Assembly: GCA_951406725.2 (NCBI GenBank)
Contig: OX597827.1
Location: 72,664,001 to 72,728,000 of the forward strand
Length of the DNA stretch: 64,000 nucleotides
Origin: Octopus vulgaris
Lineage: Eukaryota
Direction: 5' to 3'
The position numbers and the translations under genes were made by a program. Below the pieces are notes generated by a model. That model ran no database searches, was not told the DNA's origin, and was given only the letters and a program-made list of their open reading frames with translations. Below are positions 1-13,850 of the stretch, piece after piece (the stretch's first letter is position 1; every line of letters begins with the position of its first letter).

Positions 1-142
1 TGTAATTTTCTAGATGGTGTAATTTAACTTTTTATTTTGAATTGATAAAAGGTGTTTTTTCTAATTTATATATATATATATATATATGTCTGCTTTCTCT
101 GCTGGTATGGATTGGATGTTTGACATAATATGTGATTAATTG

Positions 143-529
143 GATGGAAGCACTCCGTCGGTTACGACGACGAGGGTTCCGGTTGATCCGAATCAACGGA
201 ACAGCCTGCTCGTGAAATTAACGTGTAAGTGGCTGAGCACTCCACAGACCATGTGTACCCTTAACAGTTCTCGGGGATATTCAGCGTGACACAGAGAGTG
301 ACAAGGCCGGCCCCTTTGAAATACAGGTACAACAGAAACAGGAAGTAAGAGTGAGAGAAAGTTGTGGTGAAAGAGTACAGCAGGGATCGCCACCATCCCC
401 TGCCGGAGCCTCGCGGAGCTTTAGGTGTTTTCGCTCAATAAACACTCACAACGCCCGGTCTGGGAATCGAAACCGCGATCCTATGACTGCGAGTCCGCTG
501 CCCTAACCACTGGGCCATTGCGCCTCCAC
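143..529 (-). mobile_element. tRNA-derived SINE, full length, with 13-bp target-site duplication
   Basis: The minus strand starts TGGAGGCGCAATGGCCCAGTGGTTAGGG...GGTTTCGATTCCC (A-box/B-box-like). ATGTGATTAATTG flanks both sides (130-142, 530-542). Confidence 0.9.
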
Positions 530-670
530 ATGTGATTAATTGAAAAGAATGTGAATATATAAAAGCTAGATGTGACTGAGTAATCTGACAGTAAAAGTGT
601 TAATAACTAAGCCACGAATCCCTACAATGGCATCATGAAGCCCGAATATATTATTAACCGCATCACTTAC

Positions 671-718
671 CACCAAATCATTATCAAAACATTCGTAGTT
701 CTCTTCCTGGGGATCATC
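671..718 (-). CDS. Micro-exon of minus-strand host gene (DDPQEENYECFDNDLV)
   Basis: ttttatttcag acceptor, GTAAGT donor, 48 nt, open in phase 0; ENYE motif shared with exon 3316-3363. Confidence 0.75.
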
Positions 719-1283
719 CTGAAATAAACAGTAAAATTGAAAGAATGAAGTTTGCTGATCGCAATAGACTTGGAATGTATTGCAATTAGAAATAGTAATT
801 AATTATTTATGAACATTATTGAATGATAGATCTTTTTTAATTAGGATCCTAGATATGATGTGTGTGTGTGTGGCATTCGCTTAAAAGAAACATTTTTTAA
901 TCATGTACATGAGAAGCAAAAAGTTTCAGATGTGTGAGAGTAGGGAATGTGTGATGTTGTGATGCTCAGGCTTTTTCCAAGTACATCAATGACATGTTCT
1001 ATGTGAAATGGTTCCAGTTACATAACCAAGACATTTGTCGGCCTTATTTCTGTTCCTCCATCATATTTCCTGATCTTCTTTTAATAATCCTTTCTACTAG
1101 AGGCACAAGGCCTGAAATTTGATGGGAAGGGGCTCGTTGATTATGTCAACCCCAGTGCTTAACTAATACTTACTTCATCACCCCTAAAAGATGAATGACA
1201 GAGTTGACCTTTGTAGAATTTGAACTCAGAACATAAGGACAGATGAAATGCCACAAAGCATTTTGTCCAATGTGTTAATGATT

Positions 1284-1932
1284 ACTGGCCTCCGTGCCGG
1301 TGGCACGTAAAAAGCACCATCCGATTGTGGCCGTTGCCAGCCTCGCCTGGCCCCCGTGCTGGTGGCACATAAAAAGCACTACCCGACCGTGTCCGTTGCC
1401 AGCGCCGCCCCGACTGGCCTCCGTGCCGGTGGCATGTAAAAAGCACCATCCGATTGATGCCGTTGCCAGCCTCGCCTGGCCCCCGTGTCGGTGGCACATA
1501 AAAAGCACTACCCGACCGTGTCCGTTGCCAGCGCCGCCCCGACTGGCCTCCGTGCTGGTGGCACGTAAAAAGCACCATCCGATCGTGGTCGTTGCCAGCC
1601 TGGCTTGGCCCCCGTGCCGGTGGCACATAAAAAGCACTACCCGACCGTGTCCGTTGCCAGCGCCGCCCCGACTGGCCTCCGTGCCGGTGGCACGTAAAAA
1701 GCACCATCCGTCCGTGGCCGTTTGCCAGCCCCGTCTGGCACCTATGCGGGTGGCACATAAAAAGCACCCACAACACTCACGGAGTGGTTGGCGTTAGGAA
1801 GGGCATCCAGCCGTAGAAACACTGCCAGATCAGACTGGGCCTGGTGCAGCCTTCAGGCTTCCCAGACCCCAGTTGAACCGTCCAACCCATGCTAGCATGG
1901 AAAGCGGACGCTAAACGATGATGATGATGATG
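1284..1932 (+). mobile_element. 3' fragment of RTE-like LINE with internal ~60/119-bp GC-rich minisatellite and (GAT)n tail
   Basis: Same sequence as the 3' region attached to the RT ORF at 9218-10862; ends in a gatgatgat tail. Confidence 0.8.
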
Positions 1933-2262
1933 ACTAGCTTGTTGCCAATCTTCCTTTAATAATGGCAATATTAACAATTATAACATATTTATTGAGACTA
2001 ATTAATTAACACAAGGGTTTATATCTATTCTTTCTAATTTTGACACAAGACCAGCAATCATGAGAGGAGGGGTTAAGTTGATTTCATCAATCCCAGTGAT
2101 CCACTGGTATTTATTTAATTTACCCTGAAAGGATGAAAGGTAAAGTTGACCTCAGTGGAATTTGAACTCAGAGCATAAAGAGCTTGAAGAAGCACCAGTT
2201 AGCATTTTGTCCATCATGCTAACAATTCCGCCAGCTCACCACCTTACAGGTTTATATTAATA

Positions 2263-2445
2263 CTAGCAGTATCGCCTGGCGTTGCTCGGGTTTGTTTCGA
2301 CCCTTTAGAATTGGAATTTTTGAAATGTAAAAATTTTGCATTATGTAGCTTGTTATTCTCTTTAAGTGAACATTTTTCTGGTTGAAATACACCGAAAAAT
2401 GGCGACACAGTAGTAAAAAAATTGTAAAAAATGGGGATCTAAACA
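2263..2445 (-). mobile_element. Helitron 3'-end fragment
   Basis: Minus strand CCCGAGCAACGCCAGG-cgatactg-CTAG|T; matches the terminus at 20597. Confidence 0.65.
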
Positions 2446-3315
2446 TTTTTACAGAAACTGATATTTGCAGACACTATCTCAAAAGAAACAGGAGAGAAGA
2501 GACTAAAGATTCATTAGACAAAAACAAAATCTTTGAGTGACCATGGGGTATCACTCAAGCTGTACCTGCCAAACATTAGTGGCAAAAATAAATACAACAT
2601 CAACCAAGTGCTTGTGAAAATGAAGTGAATAACATCCTACTGGATGATAGTGAATTTCTCACAAGGCACACATCTAGATAACCTCCCACACAAACCCAGA
2701 AGTTGGGGGCTAGCATACCCCGGAAAGGCTATGCATGGATATACTAGGTCAAAAATGTCAAGATGAGATAATTGACCTAATATGTTGCCTCTCTTGGAAT
2801 TAAGCTTAAATCATTTGAAACACAAGCCTGGGACCATATCACGAGGCAGTGTTCCATCACGATTGGAAACAAAAACTTTGAAGCCACCAAAAGAGAAAAG
2901 GAAGAAATCAAATGACAGGAGAGAAAAGCTCAAAAGAATCAACCTTGTCCTTGACCAACATTACCATTCAGTCAATGCCGTCAACTCTTCTCTGCAAGGA
3001 TTGGTCTACAGAGTCATTAATGGCATCACCATAATGGAAGCATTCAGCAAAGTAAAATATATATTCTTGGATAGAAGACATTACATCGCATTTCAAAGTC
3101 TATGTTTTTCTAATCCGAAAGCTGAAGATAGCACTTGAAGCACAGTTAGAGATATTAGAAATGCTTGAAGAATTAAACAAGTTTGTTAGTCAGGCAAAAG
3201 TTTCAAACACAAAACCAAGTCTTGCTGTCTTAGACTACAGAAGGAATCTTCTAAATCCATTTAGAAAAGGCAGTTATTAAAGAAATATATATTGAACAGA
3301 AGAACACCAACTTAC

Positions 3316-3363
3316 CAGCATCTGGCAAGGAAACTCTTCATAATTTTCATCACAATCTGGAAC
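3316..3363 (-). CDS. Micro-exon (VPDCDENYEEFPCQML)
   Basis: ttttctttttttctttag acceptor, GTAAGT donor, 48 nt, phase 0. Confidence 0.8.
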
Positions 3364-3789
3364 CTAAAGAAAAAAGAAAATTAGTTTAAATCTCGAGTTA
3401 GGCTTTATGTTTATGTTGACATAAATAAATTGTAAAAACATCTTAATGCTTTCACAGAAACCTCTAAACATTGCTTTTTTTTTTTTTTTATACCCTGTGG
3501 GCTGAACTGTCAAAAGGCAGATGAACTTAAGAGAGGGCCCATAGCTTTCAAATTACACGATTGATGCATGTCTGTGCATGTATGTGAGGATTTAGAAATT
3601 TCTGGTGTGGTGCCTGGGTATGCATTTAGCCTACCAGGGTGGCTTGGACTCTAAGACATGGTGAAGGCAACTAACCCAGGAAATGGAAATCACTAACAGA
3701 AAAGCCTGCAGCATATTGTTTATTGAGTTTGTAGTAAACATTTGCACCAGCTTTCTTGGAAACCCATTATATGATATATATTATATATA

Positions 3790-4175
3790 AAAGCACCCAC
3801 TACACTCATGGAGTGGTTGGCGTTAGGAAGGGCATCCAGCTGTAGAAACATTGCCAGATAAGACTGGAGCCTGGTGCAGCCTTCTGGCTTCTCAGATCCC
3901 CGGTCGAACCGTCCAACCCATGCTAGCATGGAGAACGGACGTTAAACGATGATGATGATTTCTTTATTGCCTACAAGAGGCTAAACACAGAGGGGACAAA
4001 CAAGGACAGACAAAGGGATTAAGTCGATAACATCGACCCCAGTGTGTAACTGGTACTTATTTAATCAACCCTGAAAGGATGAAAGGCAAAGTCGACCTCA
4101 GCGGAATTTGAACTCAGAACGTAACGGCGGACGAAATACTGCTAAGCACTTTGCCCCAGCATGCTAACGTTTTTG
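3790..4175. mobile_element. RTE-like 3' tail fragment followed by a SINE copy
   Basis: Matches dispersed copies at 1284, 19280, 29020 and 42183. Confidence 0.7.
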
Positions 4176-4647
4176 TCATATAATATATATATGATATATA
4201 TTATGGGTGCAGGCGTGGCTATGCAGTAAGAAGCTTGCTTCCCAATCACATGATTCCAGATTTGGTAGACAGAATTGGAAGATGGAAGTGGATTTGCCAG
4301 ACGGAAATTGAAAGAAGCCCATCATATATATGTGTGTGTCCTTGTGTTGGTATGTTTATGTTCCTGTAACTTAGCGGTTTGACAAAAGGGATCAATAAAA
4401 TAAGTACCAGGCTTTAAAAAGAAAAGTCCTGGGGGGTCAACTCATTCAACTAAAATTCTTCAAGGTAGTGCCCCAGTATGGCCACAGTCTAATGACTGAA
4501 ACATGTAAAAGATAAAGAATATGCTTAAAGATTTTGTTTACTGTTTAATCCCAAATGTGGAAGTTCCCCCTGCAGCTCTTCCCATCCCAGCCACATTGTT
4601 TAAGGGAAACCAATATAACTTGGTGCCACTGATGCTATCACAAGTGA

Positions 4648-7600
4648 ACACAGAATGTAAAAGAGATGGAACTAGTACAACAGAATAGTTTGTCCAATGC
4701 TCTTGTGATTCCACCAATCTATCATCTTGGACCGGTACTTTGTTTTATTGGTTCAAGAAGGGTGAAAGACAACATAGATCTCAGCAGGATTTGAACTCAG
4801 AATGTAAAAGAGATGGAACTAGTACAACAGAATAGTTTGTCCAATGCTCTTGTGATTCCACCAATCTATCATCTTGGACCGGTACTTTGTTTTATTGGTT
4901 CAAGAAGGGTGAAAGACAACATAGATCTCAGCAGGATTTGAACTCAGAATGTAAAAGAGATGGAACTAGTACAACAGAATAGTTTGTCCAATGCTCTTGT
5001 GATTCCACCAATCTATCATCTTGGACCGGTACTTTGTTTTATTGGTTCAAGAAGGTTGAAAGACAACATAGATCTCAGCAGGATTTGAACTCAGAATGTA
5101 AAAGAGATGGAACTAGTACAACAGAATAGTTTGTCCAATGCTCTTGTGATTCCACCAATCTATCATCTTGGACCGGTACTTTGTTTTATTGGTTCAAGAA
5201 GGGTGAAAGACAACATAGATCTCAGCAGGATTTGAACTCAGAATGTAAAAGCTTGCAACAAATATTGCAAGGCAGTTCTAATGCTTCCTGATTGACTAAA
5301 AAATTCTTGAAGAACACAGAATGTAAAAGAGATGGAACTAGTACAACAGAATAGTTTGTCCAATGCTCTTGTGATTCCACCAATCTATTATCTTGGACCG
5401 GTACTTTGTTTTATTGGTTCAAGAAGGGTGAAAGACAACATAGATCTCAGCAGGATTTGAACTCAGAATGTAAAAGCTTGCAACAAATATTGCAAGGCAG
5501 TTCTAATGTTTCCTGATTGACTAAAAAATTCTTGAAGAACACAGAATGTAAAAGAGATGGAACTAGTACAACAGAATAGTTTGTCCAATGCTCTTGTGAT
5601 TCCACCAATCTATCATCTTGGACCGGTACTTTGTTTTATTGGTTCAAGAAGGGTGAAAGACAACATAGATCTCAGCAGGATTTGAACTCAGAATGTAAAA
5701 GAGATGGAACTAGTACAACAGAATAGTTTGTCCAATGCTCTTGTGATTCCACCAATCTATCATCTTGGACCGGTACTTTGTTTTATTGGTTCAAGAAGGG
5801 TGAAAGACAACATAGATCTCAGCAGGATTTGAACTCAGAATGTAAAAGAGATGGAACTAGTACAACAGAATAGTTTGTCCAATGCTCTTGTGATTCCACC
5901 AATCTATCATCTTGGACCGGTACTTTGTTTTATTGGTTCAAGAAGGTTGAAAGACAACATAGATCTCAGCAGGATTTGAACTCAGAATGTAAAAGCTTGC
6001 AACAAATATTGCAAGGCAGCTCTAATGCTTCCTGACTGACTAAAAAATTCTTGAAGAACACAGAATGTAAAAGAGATGGAACTAGTACAACAGAATAGTT
6101 TGTCCAATGCTCTTGTGATTCCACCAATCTATCATCTTGGACCGGTACTTTGTTTTATTGGTTCAAGAAGGTTGAAAGACAACATAGATCTCAGCAGGAT
6201 TTGAACTCAGAATGTAAAAGAGATGGAACTAGTACAACAGAATAGTTTGTCCAATGCTCTTGTGATTCCACCAATCTATCATCTTGGACCGGTACTTTGT
6301 TTTATTGGTTCAAGAAGGGTGAAAGACAACATAGATCTCAGCAGGATTTGAACTCAGAATGTAAAAGCTTGCAACAAATATTGCAAGGCAGCTCTAATGC
6401 TTCCTGACTGACTAAAAAATTCTTGAAGAACACAGAATGTAAAAGAGATGGAACTAGTACAACAGAATAGTTTGTCCAATGCTCTTGTGATTCCACCAAT
6501 CTATCATCTTGGACCGGTACTTTGTTTTATTGGTTCAAGAAGGGTGAAAGACAACATAGATCTCAGCAGGATTTGAACTCAGAATGTAAAAGAGATGGAA
6601 CTAGTACAACAGAATAGTTTGTCCAATGCTCTTGTGATTCCACCAATCTATCATCTTGGACCGGTACTTTGTTTTATTGGTTCAAGAAGGGTGAAAGACA
6701 ACATAGATCTCAGCAGGATTTGAACTCAGAATGTAAAAGCTTGCAACAAATATTGCAAGGCAGCTCTAATGCTTCCTGACTGACTAAAAAGGCATTCTTG
6801 AAGAACACAGAATGTAAAAGAGATGGAACTAGTACAACAGAATAGTTTGTCCAATGCTCTTGTGATTCCACCAATCTATCATCTTGGACCGGTACTTTGT
6901 TTTATTGGTTCAAGAAGGTTGAAAGACAACATAGATCTCAGCAGGATTTGAACTCAGAATGTAAAAGAGATGGAACTAGTACAACAGAATAGTTTGTCCA
7001 ATGCTCTTGTGATTCCACCAATCTATCATCTTGGACCGGTACTTTGTTTTATTGGTTCAAGAAGGGTTGAAAGACAACATAGATCTCAGCAGGATTTGAA
7101 CTCAGAATGTAAAAGAGATGGAACTAGTACAACAGAATAGTTTGTCCAATGCTCTTGTGATTCCACCAATCTATCATCTTGGACCGGTACTTTGTTTTAT
7201 TGGTTCAAGAAGGTTGAAAACTCAGACAACATAGTTTGTCCAATCAGCAGTTTTATTGATTTGAACTCAGAATGTAAAAGAGATGGAACTAGTACAACAG
7301 AATAGTTTGTCCAATGCTCTTGTGATTCCACCAATCTATCATCTTGGACCGGTACTTTGTTTTATTGGTTCAAGAAGGGTGAAAGAATGCAACATAGATC
7401 TCAGCAGGATTTGAACTCAGAATGTAAAAGAGATGGAACTAGTACAACAGAATAGTTTGTCCAATGCTCTTGTGATTCCACCAATCTATCATCTTGGACC
7501 GGTACTTTGTTTTATTGGTTCAAGAAGGGTGAAAGACAACATAGATCTCAGCAGGATTTGAACTCAGAATGTAAAAGAGATGGAACTAGTACAACAGAAT

Positions 7601-8080
7601 AGTTTGTCCAATGCTCTTGTGATTCCACCAATCTATCATCTTGGACCGGTACTTTGTTTTATTGGTTCAAGAAGGTTGAAAGACAACATAGATCTCAGCA
7701 GGATTTGAACTCAGAATGTAAAAGAGATGGAACTAGTACAACAGAATAGTTTGTCCAATGCTCTTGTGATTCCACCAATCTATCATCTTGGACCGGTACT
7801 TTGTTTTATTGGTTCAAGAAGGGTGAAAGACAACATAGATCTCAGCAGGATTTGAACTCAGAATGTAAAAGAGATGGAACTAGTACAACAGAATAGTTTG
7901 TCCAATGCTCTTGTGATTCCACCCAATCTATCATCTTGGACCGGTACTTTGTTTTATTGGTTCAAGAAGGGTGAAAGACAACATAGATCTCAGCAGGATT
8001 TGAACTCAGAATGTAAAAGCTTGCAACAAATATTGCAAGGCAGCTCTAATGCTTCCTGATTGACTAAAAAATTCTTGAAG
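4648..8080. repeat. Tandem satellite of 147-bp A units interspersed with 78-bp B units, SINE-derived
   Basis: cagaatgtaaaag recurs at 4651, 4798, 4945, 5092 (period 147); B units at 5239, 5464, 5983, 6355, 6727 and ~8007. Confidence 0.95.
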
Positions 8081-8185
8081 ACAGCGCTCAGGAATGGTTA
8101 TCGTCCAAAGACTGCAACAAGTAACAGAATGACAATGGGATGAAAGAATGTCTGAACATTGATTTAATGTAAAATATCAACCTAC

Positions 8186-8236
8186 CTGTGGGATGATTGG
8201 ATTGATTCTTGGGAGTGATCCACTTCTGAAGTCCTG
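8186..8236 (-). CDS. Micro-exon (QDFRSGSLPRINPIIPQ)
   Basis: gacttccag acceptor (CAGCAG tandem), CAG|GTAGGT donor, 51 nt, phase 0. Confidence 0.65.
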
Positions 8237-8445
8237 CTGGAAGTCAATGAGCAATCGTGGTTATTAAATATTCAACATTAGTAGAGCACAACAAGGAACA
8301 AGGGAATATAAGCATACAGTCACACCTGCACCCTCCCATATATATACATATATATATATATAAATATATATATACATACATATATGTATATATATGTATG
8401 TATGTGTATATATATATACACACATATACATACATATATACATAC

Positions 8446-8478
<33 letters not shown>

Positions 8479-8525
8479 CATATATACATACATACAAAAT
8501 ATATATATATATACATATATATATA

Positions 8526-8829
8526 TCCCGCGATCAGGTGACCAACCAGACCATCAGATATTGCTACACATCACTGGTCACAATGCGTTCGCATTGTTTT
8601 AGCCTTCGAATGACGCCACCCCGCTGGCTAAGCGAGCAGGCCAACAGATGAAAGAGTGAGAGAAAGAGTGGTGAAAGAGTACAGCAGATCACCACCCCCT
8701 GCCGGAGCGTCGTGGAGCTTTTAGGTGTTTTCGCTCAATAAACACACACAACGCCCAGTCTGGGAATCGAAACCGCGATCCTACGACCGCGAGTCTGCTG
8801 CCCTAACCACTGGGCCATTGCGCCTCCAC
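8526..8829 (-). mobile_element. tRNA-derived SINE (same head as 143-529, different tail)
   Basis: Near-identical tRNA-like head; embedded in TA/CA microsatellite. Confidence 0.85.
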
Positions 8830-8861
8830 ACACACACACATATATATATATACATACATAT

Positions 8862-8911
<50 letters not shown>

Positions 8912-8933
8912 CTATACATACATATATACATAC

Positions 8934-8977
<44 letters not shown>

Positions 8978-8982
<5 letters not shown>

Positions 8983-9173
8983 ATCCAAACAAGAAAGCAT
9001 AAAAAAAACACAACAACACGAGGACGTGGAACAAATATAGTATTACTGGACGCTCAGGAAAGAAGGAGGGTTTAACGTTTCAAGCGGAGCTCTTTGTCGG
9101 AAACATAGGAGAAGGAAAGATCCAGAGAAGGGAAGACAGAGGAAAAAAGTCGCCAACGGTACACACGAAGTCA
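8978..9173 (-). mobile_element. Short repeat with decayed minimal hammerhead (9070-9104)
   Basis: Homologous to 39925-40400 and 42005-42155; begins at a (TA)n tract. Confidence 0.65.
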
Positions 9174-9217
9174 AATTTTGTATATATATATATATACATA
9201 CATATATAAACATATAT

Positions 9218-10862
9218 CATCATCATCATCATCATCATTTAGCGTCCGCTTTCCATGCTAGCATGGGTTGGACGGTTTAACTGGGGTCTGTGAAGCCGGA
9301 AGGCTTCATCAGGCCCAGTCAGATTTGGCAGTGTTTCTACGGCTGGATGCCATTCCTAACACCAACCACTCCGCGAGTGTAGTGGGTTTTTTTTACGTGC
9401 CACCTGCACAGGTGCCAGACAGAGCTGGCAAACGGCCACCAACGGACGGTGCTTTTACGTGTCACCTGCACGGGGGCCAGCCGAGGCTGGCTACGAACAC
9501 GAACGTATGGTGCTTTTACGTGCCACCGACACGGGGCCAGACAGAGCTGGCAAACGGCCACGAACGGACGGTGCTTTTACGTGTCACCTGCACGGGGGCC
9601 AGCCGAGGCTGGCAACGAACACGAACGTAAGGTGCTTTTACGTGCCACCGACACGGGGCCAGACAGAGCTGGCAAACGGCCACGAACGGACGGTGCTTTT
9701 ACGTGTCACCTGCACGGGGACCAGCCGAGGCTGGCAACGAACATGAACGGATGGTGCTTTTACGTGCCACTGACACGGGGCCAGACAGAGCTGGCTAACG
9801 GCCACGAACGGACGGTGCTTTTACATGTCACCGGCACGGGGGCCAGCCGAGGCTGGCAACGTACACGAACGGACGGTGCTTTTATGTGCCACCGACACGG
9901 GGCCAGACGGAGCTGGCAAACGGCCACGAACAGACGGTGCTTTTACGTGTCACCGGCACGGGGCCAGGCGAGTCTGGCAACGAACACGAACGGATGGTGC
10001 TTTTACATGCCACCGACACGGGGGCCAGACAGAGCTGGCAAACGGCCACGAGCGAATGGTGCTTTTACGTATCACCGACACGGGTGCCAGACGAGGCTGA
10101 CAGTGGACACGAACAGATGGGTCACTTAACCCCTGCTTTCTGATATATGATTTGATTTTGATTGTTCTCCCTGGTCTTGCCGGGTCTTCTGACGCACAGC
10201 ATACTTCCATAGGTCTCGGTCTCTGGTCATTTCCTTGGTGAGACCTAGAGTTCGAAGGTAGTGCTTCACCACCTTGACCCAGGTTTTCCTGGGTCTACCT
10301 CTTCCACAGGTCCCCTCAACTGCCAGGGTGTGGCACTTTTTCACACACCTATCTTCATCCATTCTCACCACATGACCATACCAGCGCAATCGTCTCTCTT
10401 GCACACAACATCTGATGCCTCTTAGGTCCAACTTTCCTCTCAAGGTACTTACACTCTGTCGACTATGAACACTGACATTACACATCCAACGGAGCATACT
10501 AGCTTCATTTCTCGCGAGCTTACGCATGTCCTCAGCAGTCACGGCCCATGTTTCACTGCCATGTAGCATGGCTGTTCGTACACATGCATCATACAGTCTG
10601 CCTTTTATTCTGAGCGAGAGGCCTTTAGTCACCAACAGAGGTAAGAGCTCCCTAAACTTTGCCCAGGCTATTCTTACTCTAGCCGTTACACTTTCAGCAC
10701 ACCCACCCCCACTACTGACTTGGTCACCAAGATAACGGAAGCTATCAACTACTTCTAGTTTTTCCCCCTGGAAAGTGATGGAAGTTGTTTTCTGCAGATT
10801 TTCAGAGGTTAATGCTCCCGAGCATCTGCCACATACAAAAACCATCTTCCTAGTTAGCCTTC
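9218..10862 (-). mobile_element. 5'-truncated RTE-like non-LTR retrotransposon: RT C-terminal region, 3' UTR minisatellite, (GAT)n tail
   Basis: ORF 10126-10890 has LEVVDSFRYLG, HGSETW, RRLRWYGHV and RGRPRKTW motifs typical of RTE-clade ORF C-termini. Confidence 0.9.
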
Positions 10863-11057
10863 TTATACATATACATATACATGCATGCATACATACAGAC
10901 AGACAGACAGACAGAATATCAGACCTAAGCCATTACATTTAATTTGTTTATCTGCACAATTGCCTCCATATCTGCTTACCTTAATTCCTCTTACAGTACA
11001 CACAACTTCTTGTGGCTACAGTATTTTCGGATGCTGAGGACAGACAGACAGACACAA

Positions 11058-11110
<53 letters not shown>

Positions 11111-11480
11111 AAAATTTATTAACTGAAACCAAATGACATAAATAATTGCCCCCTCTTCAGATACATAAAAAGAAATACGCCCACATGCATAAGCAGAGAG
11201 GGAGATAAGTATTAAAATGTCTGATGTCAAATAAGTCAGCATTGAATCAGTGATGCCAAACAGGCAGCACCGAAACAGCTGCGCCAAAACGCTTCATATC
11301 TGTGCCTTAAAAGCTATTATTTGTAGCTGTATTCATTTCAAGATATGCCATTAACTGGCATATTTACATATTTAATACATGCTTCTACATTCATGTTTGG
11401 AATGTAAACAGATGCAGCATAAGGTTTTAATGATTGATTTAAGTCTATAGCTTTCGACATTCCTTCTCCTCCTCCTCCTC

Positions 11481-11508
11481 GTTATCATCGTCATCATCAT
11501 CATCATTG

Positions 11509-11539
<31 letters not shown>

Positions 11540-11770
11540 TATCATCATCATCGTTATCATCATCATCATCATCGTCGTCATCATCGTCATCGTCATCATC
11601 ATCGTTATCATCATCATCATCATCATTATCATCATCATCATCATCGTCATCATCATCAACTTCATCGTCGTCATCATCATCATCATCGTTATCATCATCA
11701 TCATCATCATCGTCATCATCATCAACGTCATTGTCATCATCATCATTGTTATCATCGTCCTCATCATCAT
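11481..11770. repeat. (CAT)n/(ATC)n trinucleotide microsatellite
   Basis: Seen directly; explains the poly-D/M/S ORFs. Confidence 0.95.
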
Positions 11771-12908
11771 TTAACGTCCAAATGACGATGATGATGTTAA
11801 AACAGCTGAAAACAGTTCTCATTGGGATTTTGTTTACACCAAAACCACCATCATTTAATGTCCATGTTCCATGCTGGCATGGGTTGGACAGGCTCCAATG
11901 GGTCTGATGACTGCATCAAACTCCATTGTCTACCTTGGCATGGTTTCTATGGCTGAATGCCCTTCCTAATGCCAACCGCATTGCAATTTGTATTGGTGTG
12001 TGTGTGTGTGTGGAGGGGGGTCCTCTCTTTTGTGCCACCAGCATTATTGAGGTCACAAGATTGTGACCTCTGGGAGTGAGGAAGCAGGGGTGTAGTCAGC
12101 TTTATGCTAGGGGACAAAGGACGGGGCAGGGCAGGTTCTTGTAGGGGATCTGCATGGTTACTCACAATTTGTAGGAGAGGAAGAGAAAGAGAAAAGAGAA
12201 ATGATCAGTAGGAGCAGCATACGATAGAGAGTGGTGATGAAGTGCCCAGATGGCTCTCACCCCTCAAGGTACAAGGTGAGCAGAAATGGGTGGATGGGGT
12301 GGATGGCCTGCAAGATTGTATGAGCAGACAAGGGGATCAAGAGGCTGACAGCAGCTGCAAAAATAGGGTAGAATTGATGAGTGGATGATTGAGGAGCCAG
12401 GAGTTTGGGAAAGATAGAGGAATGCAGAAGAGGGAGATGACATGGTTGGAGTGTTTGCAGGATCAGAGAGAGGGAGAGAGAGCAGGCAGGCAGGCAGGCA
12501 GGCAGGCAAAGGACATGATGGGAGGTAGTTTGGTTCAGGGTTAGGGGTGAGTCGCTGTAACATGCAAGTGGAGAGCATATTATATACAGCACTTCCTGGA
12601 CGATGCAACAAATTTATTTAAAGGTACTTGCTTTGGAATGTTTTGGTAGAACTAATGGCTTTTTCTGTGTATCTTGCTGAAATAATATAATAGAACTTTC
12701 AATAGAATATGAGTTTATAATATGTATATTTTTCTTGATGATGTTACTGAAATATGTAAATGCATTTTTATTAACAAACTAAATTACATGTGTTCAGTCG
12801 CACTGTGTGGCACCTTGGGCAAATGTCTTCTACTATAGCCTTGGGCCGACCAAAAACTTGTGAGTTGATTTGGTAGATGGAAACTGGAAAAAGCCCGTCA
12901 CATATTTT

Positions 12909-12945
<37 letters not shown>

Positions 12946-13471
12946 ATGTTTGTGTGTTTGTGTTTGTCCCATCATCACCATCACTTGACAACCGACGTTG
13001 GTGTGTTTAAGTCCCCGTAACTTAGCGGCTCGGCAAAAAACATCGATAGAATAAGTACTAGGCTTACAAAGAATAAGTCCTGGGGTCGATTTGCTTGACT
13101 AAAGGCAGTGCTCAATTATGGACGCAGTCAAATGACAGAAACAAGTAAAAATGGCATAACTTATATGAGGTAGGAGGTTACAGGGATTTGAACTCAAAAA
13201 ATAAATAAAAACAACATCATTAAATGTCTACGTGTTTATCCTGGTCTTTACCTATAATTTATCAGCATAACATGTTTGCATATGTATGCCCATGGTTAAA
13301 CATAGGTAATATACCAGTAGTTGTAGGAGACAGATACCCAAGCTGCTCCATAGAGGGACTGAACTTGGAACCATGTAGCTAGGAAACAAACCTCTTACCA
13401 CACCACCACATCTGTGCCAATACATACACACACACTGACATACATATCTACATATATACACATATATACAT

Positions 13472-13503
<32 letters not shown>

Positions 13504-13505
13504 AT

Positions 13506-13804
13506 CACCGTGACCGACCAGGCTATCAGATGTTGCAACACATCGCTGGTCACAATGCGCTTCGCATTGTTTTAGCCTTCAAATGACGCCACCCTGCTGG
13601 CTAAGCGAGCAGGCCAACAGAAGAAAGAGTGAGAGAAAGTTGTGGCAAAAGAGTACAGCAGGGATCGCCACCACCCCCTGCCGGAGCCTCATGGAGCTTT
13701 AGGTGTTTTCGCTCAATAAACACTCACAACGCCCGGTCTGGGAATCGAAACCGCGATCCTACAACCGCGAGTCTGCTGCCCTAACCACTGGGCCATTGCG
13801 CCTC

Positions 13805-13807
<3 letters not shown>
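13506..13807 (-). mobile_element. tRNA-derived SINE (same subfamily as 8526-8829)
   Basis: Near-identical to 8526-8829; flanked by (TA)n. Confidence 0.85.

Positions 13808-13847
<40 letters not shown>

Positions 13848-13850
<3 letters not shown>

Noticed and set aside
455-529. tRNA genes at SINE heads (also ~8760, 13740, 23690, 28900)
   Set aside because: They continue into SINE bodies, with a TSD in at least one case, and lack a proper acceptor stem
1275-1797. Repetitive CHRHGGQ ORFs (also 9268-10210, 49692-50301)
   Set aside because: Stop-poor GC-rich minisatellite in the LINE 3' UTR
2480-3060. 118-aa ORF 2782-3138
   Set aside because: Looks like a decayed LINE 3' remnant; no splice or domain support
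4648-8080. Possible CRISPR-like array
   Set aside because: No unique spacers, eukaryotic context and no cas genes; it is a satellite
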